Shown: in pieces, positions 1 through 14,319 of the stretch
Layout of the letters: each line of letters starts with the position of its first letter
Position numbering within the stretch: position 1 is the stretch's first letter
Source: Octopus vulgaris
Lineage: Eukaryota
Assembly: GCA_951406725.2 (NCBI GenBank)
Contig: OX597830.1
Coordinates: 51,212,001-51,276,000 of the forward strand
Direction of reading: 5' to 3'
DNA length: 64,000 nucleotides
Program-made: the position numbers and the translations under genes
The notes under the pieces: generated by a model
What the model saw: the letters and a program-made list of their open reading frames with translations, nothing else
What the model was told of the DNA's origin: nothing
The model's database searches: none

Positions 1-516
1 TAAAAATGTATGAAAAAATTCAAGTTAAATAAAAATTGACTACGTCGTTAAATGTGTAAGGGTAAGTTGGATAGAATACTCATTCACAGTGGTAGGAGAC
101 TCCGTCGGTTCCAGCGATAAGAATACAGTTGTTCAATCTATCTCCTGAACTTAACATGTAAGTGGTTGAGTATTCCGCAAGTTAGAGCTTTGAAACGTGT
201 CATCCGGAAGGAAGTGTTTGTGTGCGCGTGTGTGTGAGAGATAGAGAGGGGTGGGGTGGAGGGGTTTAGGGAAAAAGAAACAAAGACAGAGAGAAGGAGA
301 AAGGGAGAGAGAAATGGTGACAGACAGACGGATAGGCCGAACGTAAGATTAACCTCAGTACTGGAAGGTACTTTATTGATTCCTGAAAAATAAAAAATAG
401 AACTGGCCTCGGTGGAATTTAAACTTAGAGTGCAGGGAACTGGAATGAGCCCCGCAAAGCCTTCTATCCGCCGCTTTACCGACTCTGCCCGCCAATTCGC
501 TACTTTTTCGTTCCCC

Positions 517-575
<59 letters not shown>

Positions 576-1645
576 CCCTATCTCTATCTCTATCTCCCTC
601 TCTACCTCTATCTATCTACCTATCATTTGTAACTATGAATTTAGCTATCTATTTGATTATTTTCTCCTGCCAAACTATGGAAATAAGAAATGAGGGCTGT
701 CAAACTCAACCGGACTGCACCGTAAGCTAATATTTCTACTCTTATCTTCATGTTTCTTTCTCACCAGACACAAAGGGTATATATCTTAAAGATGAAATAG
801 AAGCTGTGATAGCCATGCATTTCCATAGAATCTTCGATGTACGAGTGACTTGAACTGTCAGACAAACTCAAGAATATTAACATCATATTTAAACCTATTC
901 TACGTTTCTACATAATTCATCCCAAACACATAGGTCATCCTAACTTACGCTTTCCACTCTCTGGTTCCACAACCATTCCGATCATACCTGAATCATTTAC
1001 GTTTCTCATATTTAAAAGCGATGACAATTTCTCCGCGATTCTGTAATCCAAAGACAAGATGGTCTTCTTGAAGATGGCACATGTTTTCTACGACCATCAT
1101 CGGTTCGAAATTCCAATCCCATGCTGCTCAAAACTAGAGCTGTACCACTGCCGACCTCATGATCCATTCAGCCAGCCAGCAGGGGAGTCCTGCGTGGTCA
1201 GTTGAATGCTATAAATAGCTACGAAATCTTCCTCAAAATATACCTCTAAATTTTCCCCAAAACAATGGGCGCATAGAAAAAAAACCCAGAATGGTCATGG
1301 TTGAAATATTTTTGGTCGTAGGTCTGCATGGTCAGGGTGGTTATGGAGCTAAAGAACATGAAGAATGTGTTTACCCAATTTAAAATTTCCTCCCTCTCAC
1401 TCATAATTGTCCTTCACATTCTTATAAACCTTTTTTCCCCAATGTCGTCTGAAACATTTATAAATTCCTCTCTGCCTCCGATTAGGTTTTCTACTCGAAA
1501 CATCTATCGCGTTCTTACTCCTGAACTTAACATATATAAGTGGTTGGGTATTCCGCAAGTTAGACCATTGAAATGTGTCATCCAGAAGGAAGTGTTTGTG
1601 TGTGTATCTGAGAGAGAGGGGGGGGGAGAAGGAAAAGAAGAAGGA

Positions 1646-1742
1646 GAAGAAGAAGAAGAAGAAGAAGAAGAAGAAGAAGAAGAAGAAGAAGAAGAAGAAG
1701 AAGAAGAAGAAGAAGAAGAAGAAGAAGAAGAAGAAGAAGAAG
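1646..1742. repeat. (GAA)n microsatellite
   Basis: Direct reading. Confidence 0.97.
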
Positions 1743-1905
1743 ATTTGAACTCGGAGAGACGAGAAGCTGAACAACAAATACGGCTCAGTATTGCATCCGA
1801 CATTCAAACGACTGCGCCAATATCTGCCATTAATATTTCCGCTGGAATGTTGAAAAAGATGTGATTTATTGTTGATTCAGTTGAGATTGGAACTAAAGAG
1901 AAGAA

Positions 1906-2095
1906 AGCCATTTTGATTTCTCAGCCATTTTGATCTCTCAGCCATTTTGATTTCTCAGCCATTTTGATATCTCAGCCATTTTGATATTTCAGCCATTTTG
2001 ATATCTCAGCCATTTTGATTTCTCAGCCATTTTGATTTCTCAGCCATTTTGATATCTCAGCCATTTTGATATCTCAGCCATTTTGATTTCTCAGC
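1906..2095. repeat. 17-bp minisatellite, 11 copies
   Basis: agccattttgat(t/a/c)tctc repeated with exact 17-nt period. Confidence 0.95.
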
Positions 2096-2136
2096 TTGGT
2101 ACCATGTAGCAGAAGGTGACGTCAATTTAATTCACG

Positions 2137-2196
2137 TGTCCATAAAGGAGACTCTCCATGTGAACATGTCCATAAAGGAGACCCTCTGTGTGAACA
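2137..2196. repeat. 30-bp direct repeat, 2 copies
   Basis: tgtccataaaggagac..tgtgaaca occurs twice. Confidence 0.85.
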
Positions 2197-2382
2197 CAGG
2201 AATAGCAACCAAGACAAAAAGTTTGTGACAGTCACGGCTGGAAGCAAATTGCTAGTCTTGTTCCAAAATTTTAAACACTTTATACCAATGAATTGAGTCG
2301 AATGAGTGTAACTCATACATACATACATACATATACATACATACATACATACATACATATACATACATACATATACATATAC

Positions 2383-2421
<39 letters not shown>

Positions 2422-2479
2422 TATATACACATATATATATATATATGCACACACACATATATATGCGAGTGTGTGTCTG

Positions 2480-2511
<32 letters not shown>

Positions 2512-5441
2512 CAAATAATTTTACAAAACTTTGTAATATAGAAAGAGGTATAAACATAGATATAAATTATAAAATATATGTATGTGTCTTACTCTCTCTC
2601 TCTCTCTCTTTCTCTCCATCTCCGTCTTTCTTTCTCTCTCTCTCTCTCGATCTATCTATCGGTTTGTCTCTTTGTCTCTCTATCTATCAGTTTATCTATC
2701 TCTTTTTCTATCTACCTTGCATGCTCGTCTGTCTATTTATCACTCTGTTTGTTTAATCTACCTGTGTATCTATTTATCAGCCTATCTATCTGCATGTATA
2801 TATATATATATATATATATATGAATAAAGAGCGGGAGAGGAGGAGGAGAAGGAAATAGATTCATACGTGCACACACATACACACACACACACAGAGAAAC
2901 GCACGCACATATACAAACATTTACACACACACGTACACATACACACACGTACAAAAAATTTAAATAAATGTACGCCAACGCCCAAATCTTTTTCCTTCTT
3001 TTCCTCTCTCTCTGGTTGAAACCAGAGAAGTTAAGTTTCAGTCAGACATTTGTCTATAAACCACCACCAACTCCACCACACACTGCCATCGCCGCTATCA
3101 AACATACATTACAAGGCAGGTAATCTTAAACTGTTGGCCTCGCAAATTCTCATAAAAATCTTGTGGCCTGAATTAGCCAAGCTTTCTACTGATGAAGGTG
3201 CATACACTACTATAAAAGGGATTTGTCTCAATGCTAGGCCCTAGGATCAACCTCCAGAAATTCACTTGCCATTTATCTATTGCAGGTGTCTGTGTTGAAG
3301 GGACCAGGAAGTTTTGGGTAGACCAGAAGCCTACCTGTTGTTTAGCTTACCCTATTTCACTTGAGACGCTAAGGGCAACGTTTATTGTAATTTGTCTGGC
3401 TAAAAATAGCAGCCAAATCATGCTCAAATGTCAAGTGAAATTCCTTTTCTTTTTGTTTCGCTTTTAAGGAACGCTAGATCAGTTACTGTTCAACACACAC
3501 CCACACCTGTCTCTATGTAGACATTTGATCTGGAAGAAATAGCAGCGAAAGGTTTCACAAATCACACCCAAACAATGTTAAACAGGAAGAACATTATATC
3601 GCTATGAAAATTTATACACCTAAGTAGTCGATTAACATGCTAGAAAGAACAGCCATATCTCTCCCTCAAGACACACACTATTGCCTTAAGTAAAATCGAA
3701 AGACATTTTCGATAGACACGCACACATTTACATACATACATACAGACAGACATACATACATACAGACAGACAGACAGTCAGACAGACAGACATGCACACA
3801 CATTTATATTTATGTGTGTGTGTCTGTGTGTATGTAGAGGGAGGGAGAAAGAGAAAGAGAGAGATACAAATCAAAAATAAAAACCTGGAAAAACAACGGA
3901 AGATGTACCCAGTGAATAAATTAGACTGACGCTTGGTGAAAGTTTTACATGGAAAAGTAGGCGAGGAAAAGACGTTTAGAGCCTGGTTCTTCGTCAGAAA
4001 GAGGAACAAGTCCAGAGAGATGTAAAACGAAGGAAGAGCAGATAATTAGGAGCAAAGAATGTGTATTGTTTACATGGTTAAAAAATAAGTGACCGGAAGC
4101 TGGAGAGAGTTGGAGAATATGGTTTTTGAAGACATCACGGTGCAAGAATGGCCATTGTGTGAGTGAGCGTGTGTATTGGAGCGGGGAAGATGGTACTGTG
4201 TGTAAAGTGTATTTGTGTATATATGTTTTTTTTTGTGTGTGTGTGTGTGTATGTGTGTATGTGTGTGTGTATGTGCGTGTGCAAGTGACGAGTAGCGCGT
4301 TTGTTTATCACGGCGTGTTGTGAGGGATGATTGCATATGTATGTGTTTGTGTTTTTATTTGTGAGTGAGTGAATATGTGAGTGTGTGTCACTGTGAACGC
4401 ATGTGTTTGGGTGTGTGCATACATGTTGTGAGTGCATATTTATGGCGTGTGTGTGCGTGAATGTATTTGTGTGTGTGTGTGTGTGTATGTGTCGGCGTAG
4501 GTGAGGTTTTATACGTGCCCTATATAAATGTGTGTTTGTGCGCAGCAGATATGCATGTTGTGTTGAGTCATTGTAAGTTATGTATGCGGTTATGTAGAAG
4601 ATATATGGAGAGAGAGAAAAGAGGGGAACAACAGAGGACTGGAGAATGAAAGGAAAAGAAAGCTGGAAGCTGTTACAAGAAGGAGAGTTGAGTCCAAATG
4701 GTATATGAGTTCGTAGTGTAAAAATGTATCGCTGCTCCTGGCGAAGTCTGGTGGTGGTGGTTCCCGTAAATGTAAAGCCTGACCAAAGAAAGTGAGGTGT
4801 TCGGGGAAGTGGTTGTTCGAGCATAAATGATGGGCAACAGGGTTATTCTTTTGGAGGCATGACCATATATACAAACACTTTACTCCACACAAGGGCACAT
4901 ATGTAGACACGGATCCACACATACAGAGATACACATCCATACATACAAACATGATTCATAGTTGTATAACACACACAGGCATACACACACAAGGAGAGAG
5001 TTACATACATCTACAAACACGCGCTCACACATACATACATAGAAAATACACAAACACGGGCATGCAAGCACATGAATATGCAGGATACATACATACGGAT
5101 GCACACATACATACATATATCCAGATGCATGCACACCCATATATATATATACATGCACATGCAAACATACATACACACATACATACGTACATGCATGCAT
5201 GCATAGGCACACACACACACACACACACACACTGACCCACACACACTGACCCACACACATGCGCACAAACAAACAAAAAGGAACTCAGTGTAAATAACGG
5301 ACAGAGTCAAGACTATTGAAAAGGTTGCAAGACACAACGAAAATTTTAGGAAAGTAAAAATAAGAAATAAGTGGAAATTTTATCGGTAAGTGTGTTACAT
5401 TATAAGGCACAAAAAGAAAATTACTCCCCCCAGACACAACA

Positions 5442-5537
<96 letters not shown>

Positions 5538-5587
5538 GTATACGTATGTATATGTATGTCTGGGTGTGAGTGTTTGTGTGTGTAATT

Positions 5588-5905
5588 ATGGTTAGAGCAT
5601 TGGACTCAGAATCATTAGGTAGTGAGTTCGATTCCTAGAGTGGGTCGTATGCTGTGTCCTTGAGCGAGACACTTTATTTCACGTTGCTCCAGTTCACTCA
5701 GCTATAGGAATGAGTTGCGACATCACTGGTATCAGAGCCGTATCGGCCTTTTCCTTTTCCTTGGATAACAGCAGTTGTATGGAGAGGAGAGGCTGATATG
5801 CTTGGGCGACTGCCGGTCTTCTATAAACAAGTTTTCCCGGAGTTGTGCCTCGGTGAGAAACTTTTCAGCTGCAATACCATAATCATTCATGACCGAAAAT
5901 TGTCT
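5588..5905 (+). mobile_element. SINE family A
   Basis: Colinear similarity to 13590-13921. Confidence 0.85.
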
Positions 5906-6261
5906 TAAACTCTCTGTATAGGACGATTTATGTTGCATGCAATATAACCAGTATTTAGAATTCCATGTACATCTTTTCACATTAAAAGAGAAAAATTTGT
6001 GAAGAGAACTCGTATATTATTATCCAAGTTTCCTTTCCTTGGACTCCACAGTTAGAAAGGTCAAAAAAGCTATATTATAAGGTGAATTAGAGGGTCAGTT
6101 CATAATTTGTTTAATTACATAATTTTACACTTTTTTCATTGAAGACAATGGTTGAATCATACAATGTTGTGTGCATCTCTGACAAAGTGAACACCTAGGA
6201 AATTCGCAAAGTCTGGATTACATTATTAGGCCACTATATTCACATGAAAATGTGTTTAAGA

Positions 6262-6410
6262 CGACCAAGGTGCAATCCAGGAGTTTTAAGACTTTTTCAA
6301 GAGAGACATTAATTAATTTCAAAGTAATACAAAACTCATATCTCCTTCAGAGTATGATCTTCTGGCTTCGATGCACTTGTTGTAGCACTTCTATCACTTC
6401 CTGAAAATCG
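6262..6410 (-). mobile_element. Mariner 3' end remnant
   Basis: Minus strand CYNKCIEARRSYSEGD resembles a transposase C-terminus. Confidence 0.45.
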
Positions 6411-6615
6411 GCAGAACGATCGTATGTCCATTCTGCATCTGCGAAACTTTTAGAAATATGTCAGATTATTAAAACAAATATTCAACCTTAAAAACATACC
6501 TTTAGTTCTCTTTCCTGTGTACTGCAACTATCTGTATGTGTGTGCGTGTGCGTGCTCGCGCGCTAGTATGTGTATACGGGTGTGCTTGTGTGTATATGTG
6601 TGTATACATACACAC

Positions 6616-6646
<31 letters not shown>

Positions 6647-6722
6647 CTTACATATATACATATACATATACTTATGTCAGTTATTATTTCGGTGCAGTTG
6701 TGTGAATTAATGTGTATATCTG

Positions 6723-6763
<41 letters not shown>

Positions 6764-6934
6764 CTGTAGCAAATGAGTAGAACATTGTAGAACAAAATGA
6801 CAACCAAGCAAAATAACACAAGAGACAATAGGTGCCTTGTTGCTGGTTGCGGTTTTAATGATAGATAGAGGAAACGAGAGGAATAGACACACACACACAT
6901 ACACACACACATACACACACACACACACATGCAT

Positions 6935-7303
<369 letters not shown>

Positions 7304-7554
7304 GGAATAAGACAGAAAAATCAGTAGGGAGTTGAGAGGTATATGATGTGTCATCTTGTTCTCCTTTCTGACATCATCCCCTACCCCACCCCCATACTTT
7401 AAGCCTTGGACAAAAACATTTTTCAACTCCATTCACTATTTTCTTTACCAACAATGACGACTTATACACTCTGGGATTACCTATTGTAACTACCACCACT
7501 ACTACTATTTCTGTATTGTTCTAATAAACCTATTATTACTATAGTTGTTGTTTT

Positions 7555-7610
<56 letters not shown>

Positions 7611-7666
7611 ATACAACTACTACTACTACTACTACAACAACTACTACTACTACTATTATTATTATT

Positions 7667-7985
7667 GAGTAAGAGAGCAGCGCATGCCAGCAAAGTGGCA
7701 CGTGGAACAATTATAAGAACCCAATATACCCATCATAACTACCTGTGAGATAAGGGTGCACCAGGCACATGCAGGTGGGGGGGGGGCATGTTAGAATATT
7801 CCTGAGGTCGAGTACCCGATCCCGCTCAAAAAGTCCCTGAATAACAGCTGTTTGAGGATGAAGAAAGAAACACCCAGATGTTTTTTCCAGGGTTGAATTA
7901 CTCAAACCACACAAATAATTTCTCTCAACACATGGCTATGGTGATGCTCCCCAACTACCTCTGCTCGTGATCGGAGATGCACGGA

Positions 7986-8036
<51 letters not shown>

Positions 8037-8402
8037 GCTACTAACTACTACTACTACTACTACTACTATTATTATTACTATTATTATTGAGTAAGAGAGC
8101 AGCGCATGCCAGCAAAGTGGCACGTGGAACAATTATAAGAACCCAATATACCCATCATAACTACCCGTGAGATAAGGGTGCACCAGGCACATGCAGTTGG
8201 GGGGCATGTTAAAATATTCCTGAGGTCGAGTACCCGATCCCGCTCAAAAAGTCCCTGAATAACAGCTGTTTAAGGATGAAGAAAGAAACACCCAGAGGAT
8301 TTTTTCCAGGGTTGAATTACTCAAACAACAAATAATTTCTCTCAACACATGGCTATGGTGATGCTCCCCAACTACCTCTGCTCGTGATCGGAGATGCACG
8401 GA

Positions 8403-8490
<88 letters not shown>

Positions 8491-8824
8491 TTATTATTAC
8501 TATTATTATTGAGTAAGAGAGCAGCGCATGCCGTCAAAGTGACACGTGGAACAATTATAAGAACCCAATATACCCATCATAACTACCCGTGAGATAAGGG
8601 TGCACCAGGCACATGCAGGTGGGGGCCATGTTAGAATATTCCTGAGGTCGAGTACCCGATCCCGCTCAAAAAGTCCCTGAATAACAGCTGTTTAAGGATG
8701 AAGAAAGAAACACCCAGAGGATTTTTTCCAGGGTTGAATTATTCAAACAACAAATAATTTCTCTTAACGCATGGCTATGGTGATGCTCCCCAACTACCTC
8801 TGCTCGTGATCAGAGATGCACGGA

Positions 8825-8855
<31 letters not shown>

Positions 8856-9163
8856 TTATTATTGAGTAACAAAGCAGCGCATGCCAGCAAAGTGACACGT
8901 GGAACAATTATAAGAACCCAATATACCCATCATAACTACCCGTGAGATAAGGGTGCACCAGGCACATGCAGGTGGGGGCCATGTTAGAATATTCCTGAGG
9001 TCGAGTACCCGATCCCGCTCAAAAAGTCCCTGAATAACAGCTGAAAGAAACACCCAGAGGTTTTTTCCAGGGGTGAATTACTCAAACCACAAATAATTTC
9101 TCTTAACACATGGCTATGATGATGCTCCCCAACTACATCTGCTCATGATCAGAGATGCACAGA

Positions 9164-9164
<1 letters not shown>
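7667..9164 (-). repeat. Tandem array of four 300-320-bp SINE-like units separated by (TAC)n/(TAT)n
   Basis: Units start at 7667, 8089, 8511 and 8864; homologous to the longer solo copy at 28113-28390. Strand inferred from the position of the (AAT) tail. Confidence 0.9.
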
Positions 9165-9220
<56 letters not shown>

Positions 9221-9230
9221 GCTGCTGCTG

Positions 9231-9282
<52 letters not shown>

Positions 9283-9324
9283 AACAGCTACTACTACGAC
9301 TGTTGCTACTATTACTATAATTAT

Positions 9325-10269
9325 TCTCGTATACACTCAACAGGTTAAACGGTTGGAAAGGAAAAGAATCCTAATATCAGGCTACAACAAATAGCGTTAG
9401 ATGCCTAAAACACCCCTAAAGATCTTAGTTGTCCCTTATAATACTGTTTTCTGGAGCTGTACTAAACAGGGTTTTATGCCTACTTCCTCTATCCATCTGT
9501 TTAGACCTATTAGGATAGTTCTCAATGCACCTACAACTACTGGGGTACATTTTACGCGCAGTTTCCACAGTCCCTTTAATTCAATAGCTAAGTCCCGGAA
9601 CTTTGCTATTTTTTCTCTGCTTCTCATATTAATGTTTTCATCATTTGAGACCCTAAACTCTATTTCCTGGCACTTTCTATTCTCTATATCTACTACTAAA
9701 TCAGGCTTAGCTTCTATTACTCTTTCAGTTTGAATGTTGAAGTCCACAACATCTTATATTTTTAACTTTATTGTAATTTACTAGTTTCGTGTTCATACCA
9801 TTTACCAGTATGTTCAAATCCTAGCTTTCTACGTAGCTCCCACGTCTTTTCTTGTATTCTTTCTGTGCCAGCATGCTACATTCACTTACTATGTGAGTAA
9901 CGCTTTCCTCTTTTGATTTTCATATTCTACATTGGAAATCTACTTGACTTTTGTCTATCTTGGCGTTTATTCAATTAGTCCTTAATGCTTGATCTTGTGC
10001 AGCTATTAACAAACTTTCTGTCTCCCTCTTCAGCTTTCCTTTCTGCAACCATGATCATACCTCATTATTATTATTTGCTACAAGTATCTTTGGGGATCTA
10101 ACATGCAACGCCTTCTACAGATAATTTCTGCTATTTTTTATGGCTTTTAACTTCGTTTGGGTTTTTGATTTCTCTATGTCTTGCTGTGTCTCCAGCAGCC
10201 TTTAATAAACTTTCATCACTGTTACGTACACAGGAGTCTATATCACCTCTAGCTAATTCCATGCGGTCT

Positions 10270-10270
<1 letters not shown>
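9325..10270 (-). mobile_element. Decayed R4/Dong-like RLE retrotransposon 3' fragment
   Basis: ORF 9436-9747 KPDLVV..EKIAKFRDL..PVVVGAL..LQKTVL; upstream AAQDQAL and zinc-knuckle remnants. Confidence 0.8.
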
Positions 10271-10333
<63 letters not shown>

Positions 10334-11242
10334 TGTGACCCGCAGCAAACAAGCTGATGTTGACCAGAAGCAAACCCATCAGTGGCTGCGGAGCTCAGGG
10401 CTAAAAGCAGAGAGCGAAGGTTTCATCCTGGCTGCTCAAGACCAAAGCCTATTAACCCGGAACTACCAGGCCAATGTGATGAAAAATGGAGCAGACCCAA
10501 AATGCCGATTCTGCAACGACATGATTGAAACAGTGGACCACCTAATCTCTGGATGTAAAGTCTTAGCACCAGTGGAGTATAAATTAAGACATGACAGAGT
10601 TGGCCAATATCTCCACTGGCTAATAAGTCGGCATTACAATATCAAAACTGCCGACAAGTGGTATAATCACCACCCTGAGGCTGTAACTGAAGGAGAAAAT
10701 GTAACCATTCTGTGGGACTTTCCAGTACATACAAACCCAACCATCAAGGCCAATAAACCAGATATTGTTGTGAAAGACCAAAACAATAAAGTTTGCTTAT
10801 TGATCGACATGAGCATCCCCTGTGATCATAATATCTCAGCGAAAGAGTTTGACAAGCTCAGAAAATATAAAGACCTACTCATTGAAATTGAGAAAATGTG
10901 GCATCTCAAGGCGGTTACAATACCAGTGATCGTAGGAGCACTAGGAATGATCAAGAAGGGAACCGAAAATTATATGAGAATGATCCCTGGCTTACCATCC
11001 CTGCAAGAAGTGCAAAAGATTGTCTTAACTGGTACATCACACGTATTGAGAAGAGCATTGTCGATGTGAGAACTGTTGCTGCTCATGTATTTTAATTTAA
11101 CTTAAAAAAAAAAAAAAAAAATGAACGAACTACTGAGTTTGGTTTAATGGCCTACCAATATACACTATGAGTTTCTTTGCCCTAGGAGTCGGGAAGACAC
11201 TCGGCGAGAAATGGAAGAAAATTTGAAAGAGGAAAAAAAAAG
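10334..11242 (+). mobile_element. 5'-truncated R4/Dong-like non-LTR retrotransposon (CCHC plus restriction-like endonuclease) in (TAA)n
   Basis: Uninterrupted 244-aa frame 10335-11069: AAQDQ, CRFC..H..SGC, RHD, LWDF, KPDIV, K..KY, PVIVGALG; 3'UTR; (TAA)n on both sides. Confidence 0.9.
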
Positions 11243-11352
11243 TAATAATAATAATAATAACAACAATAATAATAATGATACTAATATTAATAATATTAAT
11301 AATATTAATAATATTAATAATAATAATATTCATAATAATAATAATAATAATA

Positions 11353-11391
<39 letters not shown>

Positions 11392-11422
11392 ATTATCATT
11401 ATTATTATTTTCATCATCATCA

Positions 11423-11484
<62 letters not shown>

Positions 11485-11487
11485 ATT

Positions 11488-11572
<85 letters not shown>

Positions 11573-11769
11573 GTTGCTATGTTGAAGTGTACCGACATTT
11601 TTATGTCAGATTTCTATCAAAAAACCAGTTTGTGGTTTAAGTTCCTACGCATTTGGTAGAAAAGGCCACTTGAGGGATTCTCAACCTGGTAGAAGTGTGG
11701 GAGAAAGATGGAAGATAGCAGATGCTGTTGTATCAACATTGAGATTCTATGGACACCGTAATAATAATG

Positions 11770-11831
<62 letters not shown>

Positions 11832-12000
11832 TGTCGTGTTCATCGCCGTCATCATCATCATCATAATCATCATCATCACCATCTTCACTATCATCATCTT
11901 CACAGCCACGCTATTCATCACCACATTTCTCCCCGTCGTCGTTGTCATCATGGTCGTCATTATCATCATCACCATCATCATCATCATCTTCATCATCATC
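11243..12000. repeat. Compound (TAA)/(ATT)/(CAT)n tracts
   Basis: Direct reading. Confidence 0.93.
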
Positions 12001-12239
12001 AATCGCGGGGGCTAAATGCCAATGAAAGAATCAAATGGAGAGCGATCACAGGGTCGTTCTGCTCGGGAATTGATTAACCTACAAGTTGAAGACCCTGGTC
12101 TACTGGGGAGAAGAAGCCTGCAAAAAGCAAAGCAATAGGGAATTCTGGGGACATGTGACTAATAGTGCTCGTCAACAAACAACGTGGTAGACAAGTATAT
12201 CAATATTGTATGTAGTTATACTAATATGTATCTACAAGA

Positions 12240-12452
12240 CGGTAAGACGGCAGAATCGTTAACACGCCGAGCAAATTGCTTAACGGTATTTCGTCTGTCA
12301 TTTTCGTTCTGAGTTCAAATTCCGACAGGGTTGATTTTGCCTTTCATCCTTTCGAGGGTCGATAAAATAAATATCATTTGAAAACTGGGGTCGATATAAT
12401 CGCTTTACCCCTTCCCAGAAATTGCTGTCCTTCACCCAAAATTTGAAACCCA
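12240..12452 (+). mobile_element. SINE family C
   Basis: Matches the other family C copies. Confidence 0.8.
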
Positions 12453-12887
12453 TAATGTATTTATCTACATTAATAGTCAGGTATTGCCGATGTACTTGCA
12501 TTATCTGAAAATGCCTTCAAAACTGTGAAGGTTTATTTAGATGGAAGTATTTATTTTCAGCTTTTATAGTACCTGGATACTGAATTCTGATAAATATAAA
12601 CACGTTTACATGCTTTATTTTACTGGGTGTATTTTATATTCTGCATTTTGTGGGCCCGTTTCCCCCTGGGTCGACAATAGATGAGGGCGTCGAAACAACA
12701 CTGTTCATGGCGAAAGAAGCCAACTCTTGAATGGCAGTACGTGGTGACCGATTGACCGCAGTTCATGTCTTTCGCAATCCTCTGCCCACCCACAGATCAT
12801 CACCATCATCATCATCATCACCATCATCATCATCATCGTTGTCGTCATCGTCGTCTTCGTCGTCGTCGTCGTCATCAACATCATCAT

Positions 12888-12919
<32 letters not shown>

Positions 12920-13488
12920 CCACACACCATTCATTATAACATTTTCCCTACTCAGCTTCCTCCTCCTTCTCATCTTTTTCCTCGTCGTCATCATCATCAT
13001 CATCATCAACGACAACAACAATAACGTCAAGGACAGTAACAACGACAACAACGTAATATAAATGCTAATAAGTATTTTGATAATTTTGAATTTTGAATTT
13101 TTCCATTGTTTTCATAATTATTGCCTGGTGATTAAAATGTAACACACAATTTTAATTAAGAAGATGACAATTTATGTTAAATTCTTAAATTGAAAGATAA
13201 ATTGTGTTTTAAATATTTTTAAAAAATTAAGTTACCCTAAAGAAATTCTCAAATAGAATCAGTGAGACTTAGTGTGTTACAGAATTGGACGCGCTAATTA
13301 CAGGTACAATCTATCTGAGCGGTTTCCACAAAGTTTCCGTTTATCTAACTTCACTCATAAGGCTTCGGTTGACATAAAATTTCAGAAAAGGTACTTGCTT
13401 AAGATAACACTAAGTCGGATCGTATTAGGTAATTTATTTATAGAAAGTAAGCACTTACTTTCTCTCTTCCTCTCTCTGTAAGTATGCA

Positions 13489-13545
<57 letters not shown>

Positions 13546-13549
13546 GTAT

Positions 13550-13589
<40 letters not shown>

Positions 13590-13917
13590 GGCGCATGGCT
13601 CAGTGGTTAGAGCGTCGAGCTTACGATCGTGAGGTTGTGAGCTCGAATCCCGGACCGGGCTGCGTGTTGTGTTCTTGAGCAAAGCACTTTATTTCACGTT
13701 GCTCCAGTTCACTCAGTTGTAGAAATGAGTTGCGACGTCACTGGTGCCAAGCTGTATCGACCTTTGTCTTTCCCTTGGATAACACTGGTGGCGTGGAGAG
13801 GGGAGGCTGGTATGCATGGGCGACTGCTGGTCTTCCATAAACAACCTTGCCCGGACTTGTGTCTAGGAGGGTAACTTTCTAGGTGCAATCCCATGGTCAT
13901 TCATGACCGAAGGGGGT

Positions 13918-13921
<4 letters not shown>
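13590..13921 (+). mobile_element. tRNA-derived SINE family A
   Basis: A box tggctcagtgg, B-box-like gctcgaatccc; further copies at 5588-5905(+), 45947-46278(+), 53464-53792(-), partial 25155-25275(+). Confidence 0.88.
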
Positions 13922-13965
<44 letters not shown>

Positions 13966-14094
13966 TAATTTATATATAGAGGGCATTATTATACATACAT
14001 GCCACACGCTAAGAGGGACATTAGTCATTTCTACCAAAAGTTTTACTAATTCTACCCAAATGCAATTTTTCAAAGCAAGACATTTAAAAAATTA

Positions 14095-14143
14095 AGTCTT
14101 GTATCACCTGTGATTTCGTACTTACGTACTCATCAGCAAGACT
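14095..14143 (-). ncRNA. Type I hammerhead ribozyme, inverted second copy
   Basis: Exact reverse complement of 14271-14319, in the left arm of the fold-back. Confidence 0.85.
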
Positions 14144-14270
14144 GGTTCTGAACGTATCATAAATAAACGACCTCGTCTCTTCGAAGCTAAACAGCTAACT
14201 GTTCAACAACGAAGCACATGGGGGAGTTTACATATAATATATGTCGTTTATTTATGATACGTTCAGAACC

Positions 14271-14319
14271 AGTCTTGCTGATGAGTACGTAAGTACGAAA
14301 TCACAGGTGATACAAGACT
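14271..14319 (+). ncRNA. Type I hammerhead ribozyme, intact core
   Basis: agtcttg-CTGATGA-gtac(gtaa)gtac-GAAA-tcac(ag)gtga-TA-caagact: 7-bp stem I, 4-bp stem II with GNRA loop, stem III, AUA cleavage triplet (predicted cut after 14312). Confidence 0.88.

Noticed and set aside
1328-1864. 178-aa ORF with poly-Glu
   Set aside because: Kept open by (GAA)n; the flanks are repeat-derived and show no protein motif.
3966-4002. Functional hammerhead on minus (CTGACGA..TAAACGTC)
   Set aside because: GAAA is mutated and stem I does not pair; counted only as a possible relic.
7667-9164. CRISPR-like repeat/spacer array
   Set aside because: Units are about 300 bp, the linkers are simple repeats, there are no cas genes, and the context is eukaryotic.
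13590-13670. tRNA gene (also the heads at about 36430-36503, 47300-47371 and 53720-53792)
   Set aside because: tRNA-like heads continue into multicopy SINE bodies, with no clean acceptor stem or terminator.
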